Assembly: GCF_964204645.1 (NCBI RefSeq) | Contig: NC_134031.1 | Coordinates: forward strand, 19,165,910 to 19,229,909 | Direction of reading: 5' to 3' | DNA: 64,000 nucleotides | Source: Tubulanus polymorphus | Taxonomy: Eukaryota > Animalia > Nemertea | In this document: piece after piece, positions 52,801 to 64,000 of the stretch | Position numbering within the stretch: the first letter of the stretch is position 1 | Layout of the letters: each line of letters opens with the position of its first letter | The notes under the pieces: model-generated | The model's database searches: none | Told to the model about the DNA's origin: nothing | What the model saw: the letters and a program-made list of their open reading frames with translations, nothing else | Translations under genes and position numbers: made by a program

Positions 52801-55437
52801 CCTAAAAATACAGTTCTATTCTTAGTTGTTTGAAAATGAACTAATTTTGAAAACGTAAGACCGAGTGCTCATCACGCCATCTGGTGCCGGACAACTGGTG
52901 TTGCATTGTTACATTAAAACTGCACTGTTAAAGGGTTAACAAACCCATACACGCCTAACACGCTCGGTAGCACAGTTCTCAGTATCATTTGTTCATTTGT
53001 TTAAATATATATATATATCTATATAATGAAATGGTACAAGGGTCTCTCTGTTTCTATATACATAACACTGATTCTGCATTGTCACAGCAATTTCAGTATT
53101 CATTTCCCAGTGAAAGCATGCATAATTAAACCAGGTTATAGTAGACTCCATCCTCGTACTGACAGCGTTCACATCCAGACCAATCCTCAATACAGTAGAG
53201 ATTTGCCTTCAATAAATACCCATAAACTCAACCAACGGGATGAAGTCTACAGTAAAATGGCTGAATATATTGTCAAGTTACCGCAAAATGTACTGAAATA
53301 AATGTGTTACCATTAATGATATTATAAAACCCTCACTTGAATATAAAATGAAGCGTTTAGGACTTGTTTTATTAGTGGTGAAATAGAGCGAAGTGACAAA
53401 TATCCTTTATTTCACCTCTCGGAGTCGGCAACATTTTTATCCAGTTTCGAGGCATCCGATTTCACTATATTATCCGTAGATGTCCTATAAAAATGGTAGT
53501 TGTCAAATATGAATAATTTCAACTACAGATTAAACTGACAAATATTCACCGATAGACTTAGCGCGCAGTTACCTAGTCAAGGCTTAGATTGAAGATTGGT
53601 TTAAGCTGATTTTCACTCAATAGCCAATCCTAATCAAGGGTCAAACGGTTTACTGAGTCATGACTGCCACGCTACTGGACCTTGTCTTAAACTTTAAGAC
53701 TGGTCTTCAGTTGTTAACTGGCTCTAGAACCAAACCTGAGCTAGGGACCAACTGAAGTCAGTTAAGATCTTAGTTTTATAACCAGTCTAACAGCTAAGGC
53801 CAGTCTAAAGATTTAAGACCATATTTGGACTTATCTTATTCGGGCACATCTGGATGTATCTATGAGGAAAGCCCCTCATCTAAGGAAAATATGACAGTTG
53901 TCAAGGACTGGGGTCCTGATAAACGCGGGGAACTGTACTTACTTAATGCTGCCGTTCTGTTGAGTTTCCATGACCATGGCCTCTCGTGACGAGCCCGACG
54001 TACTAGCCGGCATATCATACGCCGAGTATCGTATAGCTACGACGTGTTTCCTCAATAAATATTCGCGTAGCACTTTCAAACCTTCGTATAAACACGCCAG
54101 TATGAATATAGCGATACACGAACCGACCATAGCTGCAAAAAAAAACAAACATACTATCTTACAATCGGCAGATTCTCTTTAAAAAAAATTTGATCCAAAA
54201 AGTGTTTCCAAAATGTTTAGAAAATTCATCTATTCGACGCAAAGGATTCGATACTACACACAATCGACGACGACGTAAATTTTAAAATTGGTTTTATGAA
54301 ATCGTAAACGAGCGTTTAAAATGCTCGACTCACCTCCAACACTTTGGATATACCACTGTTCGAATAAAACATGCTCTTTGATCCCGACGTGGAAGAACAT
54401 CTGAAATAAACCACAGCTAGAATAAAACAGGGTAAATATTCACCAGCGTGGCCACTGATTATTCTATGTTACACGGGCGTCTCAGAAAATGTGTTACCAA
54501 AGCTATAAGATTAATTATTCATTCACTATAATCGAAATTAATTTTCTTTTGGGGGTAAGTTTGGTTGATCTCAGGGGCAGATCCAGGGGCATGTTGTGAC
54601 CATGTAGACCAATAGAAAGGGCATATATTCTTAATTAAGGGAGGAAAGGCATATCAGCAAAACTTTTGAAATTTTACTATCATTTTAGAGCTTTCTGAGC
54701 ATCTCTGAGAGGCATTTAGTCAAGAAACATAGGTTATATATTTAGGAAAAATATCTATTGTGTATCTCGGGTGGTTACAACAGCAAATTTTGATACAGAG
54801 AAAAAATAAAAATGAACTTTATAATTCCGCCCCTAGATCTGGATGTTCACTCGAGGATGAATAATGAAAAACAATAAGCCATGCACGGCTGAGCACTACC
54901 GTGTTTTTGAATGGCTATAAAAATGGCCTGAACCATAACAAGACATGTATAAGGATTGTTGTATTATGTATAACCACCTGCCAGTCGAGACATTGATTCA
55001 AAATCCTCGGATCACACATTTTCTGAGACACCCTGTAATAGGAAATTCCCTGAATGAATCTGCGGCAGGTGAATGGAGAGATTGCTTGGTTTAAAATGTT
55101 ACAATTTGTTCATTCTCCACGTATTAATCAAGAAAAGCATGGTCAAAAGCACGCGCAGATATCCTGAAGTTTTTTTTGCAAAATTTGGCGAATTCCCTGA
55201 TTTTTTTTCAAGAATTTCTGATTTCCCAAGTTTCCCAGGTTGGGGGTTCCCGGTCAAAAAATATCCAACTCGAGGTGAGTTAGTATTGTCCGTAGGTCTT
55301 CTTACCTTCATACCACCCATATGAGGCATCCCTGTCGGCATGCCGGTCATACCATGACCGCTGTGCGGGTCCGGGGTCATGTGATCACCGGAGTGAGTAG
55401 TCGTATCCATCGTGTGACCCGAATGAGACATATTCAT
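49857..55437 (-). CDS. SLC31A1: High-affinity copper uptake protein CTR1 (SLC31 family), 196 aa
   Basis: Exons 55437-55306, 54400-54334, 54132-53943 and 50058-49857 join in frame (591 nt). Met/His-rich N-terminus [10 protein letters not shown]..., MFFH..., TM1 [11 protein letters not shown]2 MxxxM (LMLIFMTYN), TM3 GxxxG (GAGTG) and C-terminal HCH are all CTR1 hallmarks. Confidence 0.97.
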
Positions 55438-57059
55438 TCCTACAAAATATGAGCCGACAGTGAAATAGAATGTTTCAATAAACACAGCGTGTGCAGTCAT
55501 TGAAACTTGTGTTCATTTCATTGATGAAATATCATTATTAATTCGAAGATTATGTTTGACATCGGAAACTCCTGCCCGCAAAAAATTGATCAGCTTTGTT
55601 TGTCTTCGCGAATACTGTTTCAACTAATCAACGAGAAATGCATTTTTAACACAATTCGGCTGCACGATCAATAAACGGCTAGTTACCTGAGGGAGTAGAT
55701 TAGTTTACCCTATGCAGAAACAACCTTGAAAACACTTGAAATTAGGTCTTTATAACGACACGACTGACATTTATAACTAAAACCGGTTCGTCGTTACGAG
55801 AAATTGGACCCATAAACTAAGATATCACATATATAATATGATTTACAAACCGAAATTCTTTTCCATTGAAAATGAAAGCAATTCAGACCTCTGCCTGATT
55901 TTAAACATTTTTGCATTCAGACCTCTGCCTGATTTTAAACATTTTTGCAGTCGTCTAGTGGAATCAGTTTACCAATGTTTGTGAGATGACATTTTACTCA
56001 TGAGTTTCAAACCGGGCTCTAAACTAAAGCTCAGTGGCTTCATCTAATCTCCTGCGCATTATATTAGAATTTTCTATATCTCTTTACGGCATGTTGTAAT
56101 TTATCATGTATATAAATCATTACTATTATCAAACTTACTTGTGTCATCATTGGGTAAATCGTATTATAATTATAATTAATTAATTAATTTATTTATATTT
56201 CCAATTCAATATACTAAGTGAAGGTCATCATCATTTGGATAAGTCGTCACATATCGGAAGTTGTCTCTATGTTTGACTTATCTCTCTATCTTTGACAATT
56301 TGTATTTCCTACTTTACTTTACAAAGGGTAAGTCCTCATTTGGATTTAAGTCGCCGATATAACGATAATGAACGAGTCCCTAACTACCCCGGTACAACGA
56401 CTTAAAGCGAATTTGACTTCAATTTCAATCCATCTTAGCGGACACGCAGAAAATTTCGACCCGAGGATATTAGAAATATGGCCTATAGAGAAATAACAAG
56501 AACCAACTCACCCAAACCACGACAATAACAACGCAAGAAAATTTGAAATCAGATTCCTGTGAGCGAAGAAATGCCGATACCAATTAATGAGTAACAACCC
56601 ACGCTTCCTGACGGGGCAGAGGTGGCGCTCTACGAGATATAACAATTCATTAAAACATCCAATAGATATAATATATATATCGCAGTCTCATCAGTCATTC
56701 AAAAACTAAATGACAGAATATACGCAGTTCTGTTCATACATACACGTTGTATATACTAACAATCTAAAATGATTAGTTATTGAGCGAGATACGACGACAT
56801 TCTATAATTGAAACATCTGTTTTATTATCAACGTCTCCTTTCATTTGTTTAAATCATGATTTTGTCGTCGTTGTCGTCGTAATTAGAAAATGCAATCAAC
56901 ATACATCAAAAAATTGATTAATCTCAGAAAAAAACAAATCTAAATATAAAAGAAATTAGTCGCGCTGTCTTCGTAACTAATCGTGATTTTACTGAATCGT
57001 TGAAATCATTGTTATCCAAAGTCTTGTTTATGAAACCGTTTTAACTCGCATGGCTTATA

Positions 57060-57465
57060 CACAGTCCCTACGGATCAGTTATTCTGGGATATAAGGAATT
57101 TTAATGGAGCAAATTTCAAATTTTGAGGAAGCGTCTGCATCACTTTCATAATCCAATCTCACTGTAGACTCCTCCTAAATAGGTACTGTCTATCTCAGTA
57201 AACTATCAATTCAGTGGTTTTGTAAGCAAATTCTTATCCTTTACAATAACTAAACTGAGTTTCTAATTTGGTAACCGATTATTTGGGTAAAAAGATTCTG
57301 GTCCTAACTGTACCAGTTTAGGCATAGTTTACTGTACAACTGCATTAAACATTTCTCAAAATTGAAGGAGCTATTTTGATCAAATAAAAGTAAGTTTCAA
57401 GCAGCTTCAAAACATTTTCTGATTAGAAGGAGTCTTTGAAGAATCGAGGAGTCGTAGGGACCCTC
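57060..57465 (+). mobile_element. Old ~400-bp TIR element, copy 1
   Basis: GTCCCTACG...CGTAGGGAC termini; internal blocks (GGAAGCGTCTGCATCA, TTTCTAATT.GGTAAC, TTTAGGCA) shared with 59715-60150. Confidence 0.6.
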
Positions 57466-58993
57466 TGTTATAGTTGAATTCTTTTGAAAACTCTCACAGA
57501 AAGCTTATTACTTCCAAAACTAGGTTAGAAAGAATGCAGACCTGTTCAAAGACTTTATTTACTTCTATCCTAACATTGAAATATACAGCAAAGCCAGGCA
57601 ACTTTCACTTCTAAAACACCTATGCTTACTAATATAAATGTATACATAAATTTCAGTAGTTGCAATTAATTTTTAATTCTTTTGTTAAAATTCATAATTC
57701 GCTTCAAAATCAATCAATACACTATGAATCGATACACTACTATTTGACCAGCGAGATTGTCAACAATTCTCTTTTTTCATTCATTAACATTAGCTACAGC
57801 GCGGTCGATGAAGCTGATTCAACAACAGCGAAGTTACGTTTTATTAATTTTCGTTAATTTTTGACGAGATATCTTGCAACAATCAGCTTTAGTCAACAAA
57901 TAGATTCATCATATTTGAGTAAACATTGTGCAGTTTGAAAAAGACAATTTATGTCATTAATTAAGTCTACAAAAGGGTTTGTAGCAGTTTGACTTAGGCA
58001 AAAGTCAATATTTTTTATAATAAAAAATGTCAGTACTCTTCGAAGTCTTTAGTCATTCACTTTTCCCGAATCAAATCTGAAATTTGCATCGAAAACGCCC
58101 GCGATAAAATTTGCCCATAGAGATTTCCTGTGATGACTTTGAGTCCAAGAAGTAAGTTCTTTTCCGTACTTTCAGGATTTTACCCCGAAAGTAAGCACTA
58201 GTCCAGGCCTATTCAAAACTGTTCCAAAAGTAAGCTTATCCAAAACTGTGCTGCTAGGATAGTTAGGCCTACCCTTGCTCGGTCAAGAGGATATTACACC
58301 AGTGTAGGCTTCCCTTCCCTAGCTCCCTGTTCAACAGCGAATCAAATTTTAAAATTCTCAACAACCTAGCTCCTTGTTCCTTTCAGGATTTGATATAGTT
58401 CCGTATGTACAAGCACGTCCACTACGATCCAGTGCTAGTAGCAGCAATAAACTACAGACTGTAATCCTAAATACAACACACTAAAACATTTAGAGGCCTA
58501 CATCTAATAACATTACACAATTTGGAGTTTTAAAGAAGACATTTGTAGAGTTTAGTTCATAAAGTATAAATCACTGAAATCAACGCATCCTTACCTCAAA
58601 CCTATGAAGATTTAGAATGCTAACTCATTGAATCAAAATTATATTTTCAAACTTACGCCTACATAATTTAAAAAAGTTGATAAGTCGAAGTCTGACTGTC
58701 CTACTTTTGGTTGTATTTCAATCAATAAATATTGATTAGATCTAGGTCTAATATTGATCAGTGAGTCGATAATAATGAAATCAGGCTCTAGGCCTAATAG
58801 AAATTAAGACCAGAGTTTCGTGTGTGGATAAGAACAAATGTGTTATTGATAACCTGATACATAGTGGAACTGTAGTAGGAATACCAGGTCATCTTAAAAG
58901 GGTTCCCATTGTTTCGGGAACAAGGTTGGGAGTCAAACTGAAACTTGGGTCTATAATTCACTGACTACACTTTGCCAATTGTGGACCTTTTAA

Positions 58994-59279
58994 CAGGGTG
59001 GCGCCGCTTTTCTCCCATTTACAAATCCCTGATTTTTCCATGTGATTAAACCAAATTCCCTGAGTGAATCAGAGAAATTTCTCGGTTTAAAATATTACAA
59101 ATCATTCATTTTGCGTTGAATCACGTATTGATAAAGAAACATTTACACACGGTTAAAAACATTATCAGGATTTCCAGAGTTTTCTAGGTTTTTGTTAAAA
59201 TATAACAAATTCCCTGATTCTTTTCTAGATGTTTCTGATTCCTTAAGTTTTCCAGGTTTTCCCGGTCAGCGCTATCCTG
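58994..59279 (+). mobile_element. CAGGGTGGCG-terminated MITE family (partial copies at ~36640-36707, ~40162-40230, ~55045-55260)
   Basis: CAGGGTGGCGC...GCGCTATCCTG termini with repeated AAATTCCCTGA/TTTTCC motifs. Confidence 0.6.
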
Positions 59280-59714
59280 TGAATCCAGGTAAATCAACAA
59301 TCTGGTGAGATCGACTAAAAGTTCAGTCTGTTAAGCATTTCGCGCATATGTTTAAAAATCACTGTTTCGATAGTAAGCTGCAACTGGGGTTAGACATACT
59401 TTGAATATATTTCGTTGACATTTCGATATTAATCATAAATCATGGATTGAATAGAGATGCAATCAATTAATTTCTAACTATGCAGTAAATCAGATTGGAT
59501 TTAGATATCGGTGAGATCAATTAATAGTTTGATAGAAAACAGTCTCCAGCTTTTGTGTTCTGATATTCTGGGGTGATTTATAGTCTACTGATCATCACCA
59601 AACTATTGTCTTTCCTTTAACACATGGTTTCACACTTATTCATCTTTCATTGTGGTTTGATTGATGACCATTTTGGACTGCTTTTTTCGTCCTGCCGGGT
59701 CAAGTTATATAATA

Positions 59715-60150
59715 GCCCCTACAGATGTGTCAATCCTAGATATAAGTTTTCAAGGAGAAAATTTCAAATTTTTAAGGTCAGGAAGCGTCTGCATCAGTTT
59801 TAGGCCTATATTCCTGTCGCTGTTTAACTGGCACTGTTTATTATGTCGTTACATACACATTCGTATCCTTAGCACTGGTCAACTTAAACTCCGTTTCTAA
59901 TTAGGTAACTGCCTAATTGGGTAAAGAAGAAATCCTAGTCTCAACTGTATTGATTTAGGCACAGCCTAGTCTAGGCCTACTATTACAACTAGCCTTAGGT
60001 AGGGCCTACAAACATTTCTAATTATTCACTACCTAGGCCTATCTAGAGATTAAAGGAGTTTTATACATTTTCAAATAAAAGTTGCAAATATCTTTAAAAG
60101 CGTCATTTTCTATTTAGAAGTAGGGAATCATGGAGTCATATAGGGACCCT
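59715..60150 (+). mobile_element. Old ~400-bp TIR element, copy 2
   Basis: Collinear similarity to 57060-57465, ending in TAGGGACCCT. Confidence 0.6.
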
Positions 60151-61787
60151 GGTAAGTCCTTAATTTTGATAATGAAGTTGCTAAGTTGCATCGGCCCACC
60201 AACAAAATAAACCAATCAAATCAATTAAGTTCATTTATTAAAACGTAATAAGATTACATGTCTTGTGAATATAATCCTGGTGTACGTGTTCCCTGGTCAC
60301 GTACATCGGCGTCATTAGCAGCAGCAGCAGCAGCAGTCAGCAGCAGCAGCCACCAGCTGGACGGTTTTCTAGCATTTTTACGATTATCACCTGAGATAAA
60401 ACCTACCTTTCATTTAATTACGACGCGTAAATTTCAGATTAACAACGATATACAGTGAATAGTAGTAGTGGTAGTTTTCTTCAGAGAAATCACAGTCCCA
60501 TTATTATCCGGAGATGATTCACATCAAAAAATATGAAGAATCCGATTCCGATCAACAACACTTTCAGGAAGTCATGTGCGCCACACCGTCATGTAGCGCC
60601 ACCTGTCAATACTTTGAAAAAAATTGAACCCTTACAATAAGATAATTAATTCACCTTACCGTGCTATTTATCTTACATATATCCTACACTTATTTAGAAT
60701 TCCAAGCCGATTAAAAATTGTTATTGGTACTAAACCCGTTGTGGTCGGTGTGTAACGTACTAGAATTTTTAGTTTTGGTTCATAGTCAGATCTGAGTAAG
60801 GATTAGTTCCCATCTAGCACAGATCGAAAATAAAGCAAGGCGGGATTCGAAAGGATTCGAAACTGAATCAATCATATATCAATGCTAAAGCTTTGAATGG
60901 AGAATCCGCTTTCTAAGAGATGTCATGTTTTTGAGTCGCTTTTAATAGAAATGTCATGCGCAGTAGGCTTAATTGGATTTGTTAGTTGTCAGATCACATG
61001 CTGATCGGGGCCCATCCTCGCTTGCCAGGGGTCCGGTATCACTCCCGAACTCGCTTCCACCAGCGAACAGGTTTAGCGTAGTGGGTTCGAATCCCTTGAC
61101 GGGTGAAGATGATCGGGGCCGTGTTCAAAAAGTTCCAATTTCCCCCAAAATGTGTTACGCGGAACGCATACGTATTGGAAAATAACGATTATTATTTGCA
61201 CAAATTTCACTCGATCTATAAACCTGTTTTTTAGTAGTAGAAGCATTTTAGTGTAAATGAATATAAAAAGAATACATTTTTTAAAATCATGACCAAGAAC
61301 CATAACAGATTCGGCCAGGAATGAACTGATTACAAATTTTATTGCAGTTTACAAAAGTGATCCGGCCGATTAGGAGAAACAAGGCTTTTTAGGCTTATTT
61401 CCGAATAAAAATCATAATTGAGGGTGGTTGCCACACTCGGAGGTGTTGTTATTATCTAAGGGCTACTCAGCGGTGTGAAGGCGATCGGGAGATGATTTAA
61501 CAAGAGTAATTTCCACATAATGTGTCTTCCAATAATAATCACTCTAAGTATCTACTGCTGATACGGACTGACATTGATTGGCTTCATTTTTTCTCCATCT
61601 CGATCTTGTCTCGAATCTCAGAGGAGATATAAGTGCCATCGGAATTCTGCGCGCTCACCAGGACTTGCGCGCGAGGCGGTGTTTTTATCACGCCTTGTCT
61701 GGTTAGGTTCTCATGTCCATCGGCAACCACTGTTCTCACTTTCCACGATTATTCTAAAATAACGAAGCAAAATCTTCGATATCTTTA

Positions 61788-62849
61788 ATGGATGATTATG
61801 CCGCCACAATACTTCTTTCAAATCGAACAAATACAGGAACGTTAACTCCGTCTTACATCGGTATTATCATCAACCCGACGTCACTCTTACCGTTAACTTA
61901 CCGATGGTTCGTCTACGTTATAACGGGCTTATCGCTCTTCCTCGGCTATATCGGTAATATTCTTATCGTACGTGTTATGCTTACCCGTAAATTGAGTCGT
62001 TTATCGTACAGTCGTTATTTTCTATCACTAGCTCTATCGGACGCGACGTTTCTATCGGTTGTAATGTGTAAGTATATTAATTTAGCATGTGTCTATTTTT
62101 TCGGATTTATTCTGATTCGCGTTGATTCGACCGCGTTGTGCAGAGCAGCCGAATTCGTCGTGAATCTATCGATAACGTTCAGCGCCTGGTTACTGGTACT
62201 CATAGCCGTTGAAAGACTCGCCGTCATAAGTTCCCCTTTTAAAGCTCGGCGGTTCTGGACCCCGCGAACAACTTCGCTGTTAAGTTCCTTCCTTTTTACG
62301 TCATGTTGCATTCTATATCTGTTCAATTTATGGGATATTTTCTACGTTCCGAAAATTGGTTGCTTTTATACGGAATTCGGTTATGAAATTCGCGCCATTT
62401 TAACGTCAGTTTTCTGTTCATATTTACCCACTGTTCTGTTGACTATTTTCTCGTCTGTGATGGTCGTCTGTTTACGTAAGAACAACCGAAGATTACAGCG
62501 AAGTAAATTTTCCGGCAACTCATTTCATAAATCGTCACAGGCGTCTGCTTGGAAACAAAGCTCTCGCAATTTCTCATCGTCGGGTAGCAACCAAGTTACC
62601 CGGATATTTTTTGCCGTTTGTGTATTCTTCTTGGTTACTACGACTCCCGTTTACGTCATCGTCGCATTGTTGCAGAATCCAGCGTTAACCGACGCGTTAT
62701 TTCTTCCGTTCTCCGTAAGCGTTGACGTTCTGACGCTGAATTATTCGGCTAATTTTTATCTGTACGTGGTGACGGGAAAAGAAATTCGTAACGCCGTCAA
62801 ACAATTGTTTTGTCCACCTAGAAAATTCTCGTCATATAAAAGAAAATAA
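61788..62849 (+). CDS. Intronless class A (rhodopsin-like) peptide GPCR, FMRFamide-receptor-like group, 353 aa
   Basis: Seven hydrophobic segments; TM1 GN, TM2 LALSD, Cys at the top of TM3 and in ECL2, AVERL (DRY variant) followed by SPF, TM5 YLP, TM6 FFLVTTTP, TM7 NYSANFYLY and helix 8 GKEIR; N-terminal NRT sequon. Confidence 0.93.
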   Translation: MDDYAATILLSNRTNTGTLTPSYIGIIINPTSLLPLTYRWFVYVITGLSLFLGYIGNILIVRVMLTRKLSRLSYSRYFLSLALSDATFLSVVMCKYINLACVYFFGFILIRVDSTALCRAAEFVVNLSITFSAWLLVLIAVERLAVISSPFKARRFWTPRTTSLLSSFLFTSCCILYLFNLWDIFYVPKIGCFYTEFGYEIRAILTSVFCSYLPTVLLTIFSSVMVVCLRKNNRRLQRSKFSGNSFHKSSQASAWKQSSRNFSSSGSNQVTRIFFAVCVFFLVTTTPVYVIVALLQNPALTDALFLPFSVSVDVLTLNYSANFYLYVVTGKEIRNAVKQLFCPPRKFSSYKRK

Positions 62850-63799
62850 TCAACACAAGAATTAACCATTTTTATACGGTTGGTTTTTATTCTATGGGAA
62901 TCCATTGGGCTTAAGATTATGAACCCAGCTCCGCAGCTTTCGCTTCAGATTTGACAAATTGCTGACACGTTCTTGAACTCTCGGGGAGGGAAATCCTGGC
63001 TGAAAACTCATTGCACATCTACAAATTTGATGATTGGTTGGTAAAAATAAAAGAGAGAGAGAGAGATCCATTATGTACTGTAGGCCTAATCACACTATAA
63101 TCGTATTGATTTAGAAATCAGGTAACATTTACAACTCAAACTACATAACATTCAGCTTGAAGATACATGAAAATGATTCCAACATTTCCTATGGATTTAA
63201 CCATTTTTTTGTCGATGGATTTTTGCAGAAACTGTGATCATTATTATTCGGAAAAACGTAGGGAACAAATTAACAACGAATTCACGTATATCATAATTAC
63301 GATAAATAGCATATCATCCCGGCTATCAAGGAATCCTTACGCGCTAAATCAGTTTTTTGTTGCTCCATGATTAACAAATCTATAAGGTGCTAAAATGCCG
63401 ATTGCCATCGAACGATGGTCGAATTAATTCTAGGAAAAAATTCATAATTCGTTTCTGCCCTAGGAATCTATTGACGCTACGTTTTCGTGGTTCTCAAATT
63501 AGAATCGACGTTTCGCCTGTTTAGATTCTAACTTAGACTGGTTACCGGTCTCTATCTTCATATTGAATGGGACAGGCAACCAGTCTATACCGTTGCAATC
63601 TCGATGCCATCAGGTTCGAATCCCTCCCTGGGGGAGGATGGGCAAAAATCCTCTACCTTTCAACATCAAGTGAAGAGCTCGTGGTGATCCAACAAACGAT
63701 ACATCAATGAAGCACAACATCTTATATTTTGTTCATAACCAGATTCATCAAATGAACGTATTCTGAGCTTAGGAGAGCAAAATTTGCAGGTCAGGGGCG

Positions 63800-64000
63800 A
63801 CTGGCAGGGTCGGGCTATGGGTGATTTACTGGTAGGGTCGGGCTATGGGTGATTAACTGGAAGGTCGGGATCATGGGTGATTTACTGCTGAATAGAGGAT
63901 GTACAGGGGTGTCACGGGTTTGAAACCTAGTAATTACTGACACTGATAAAGAGTGGTCCTGATGCTGAATAGAGGATGTACAGGGTTGTCCCGGGTTCGA
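63800..64000. repeat. 28-bp tandem repeat plus a duplicated GCTGAATAGAGGATGTACAGGG block
   Basis: Three units of CTGG.AGGGTCGGGCTATGGGTGATTTA; truncated by the window end. Confidence 0.75.

Noticed and set aside
55099-55305. C-terminal extension of ORF 55099-55500
   Set aside because: Read-through past the CTR1 donor into an intronic MITE fragment; only 55306-55437 is coding.
61070-61105. GGTTCGAATCC B-box (also near 63613) suggesting a tRNA or SINE
   Set aside because: No cloverleaf or convincing A-box could be built; at most decayed tRNA-derived SINE fragments.

Overview
AT-rich, intron-rich animal genomic DNA, probably a protostome invertebrate (it carries a protostome-type miR-8). Almost all ORFs in the six-frame track are spurious; the real genes were rebuilt by hand from GT-AG splice sites with consistent phases. 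(1) A minus-strand gene for an intracellular NlpC/P60-fold cysteine peptidase, with exons at 41445-41588, 5196-5346 and about 4100-4306; its 3' part runs off the left edge. Its inferred ~36 kb intron hosts (2) the mir-8 hairpin (17759-17820, same strand), a candidate internal promoter and many CpG-rich enhancer-like islands with RFX X-box and CTCF-like motifs. (3) Head-to-head with it is a 10-exon plus-strand gene (43953-48017, ~620 aa) with an atypical GATA-like zinc finger and two tandem Cys/His modules. (4) A minus-strand CTR1/SLC31A1 copper transporter (196 aa, 4 coding exons) has two candidate frame-preserving His/Cys-adding microexons. (5) An intronless class A peptide GPCR lies at 61788-62849. 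The rest is several MITE families (one nested), related satellites, a G-rich minisatellite, microsatellites and a perfect 108-bp-arm palindrome centred on (AT)n.
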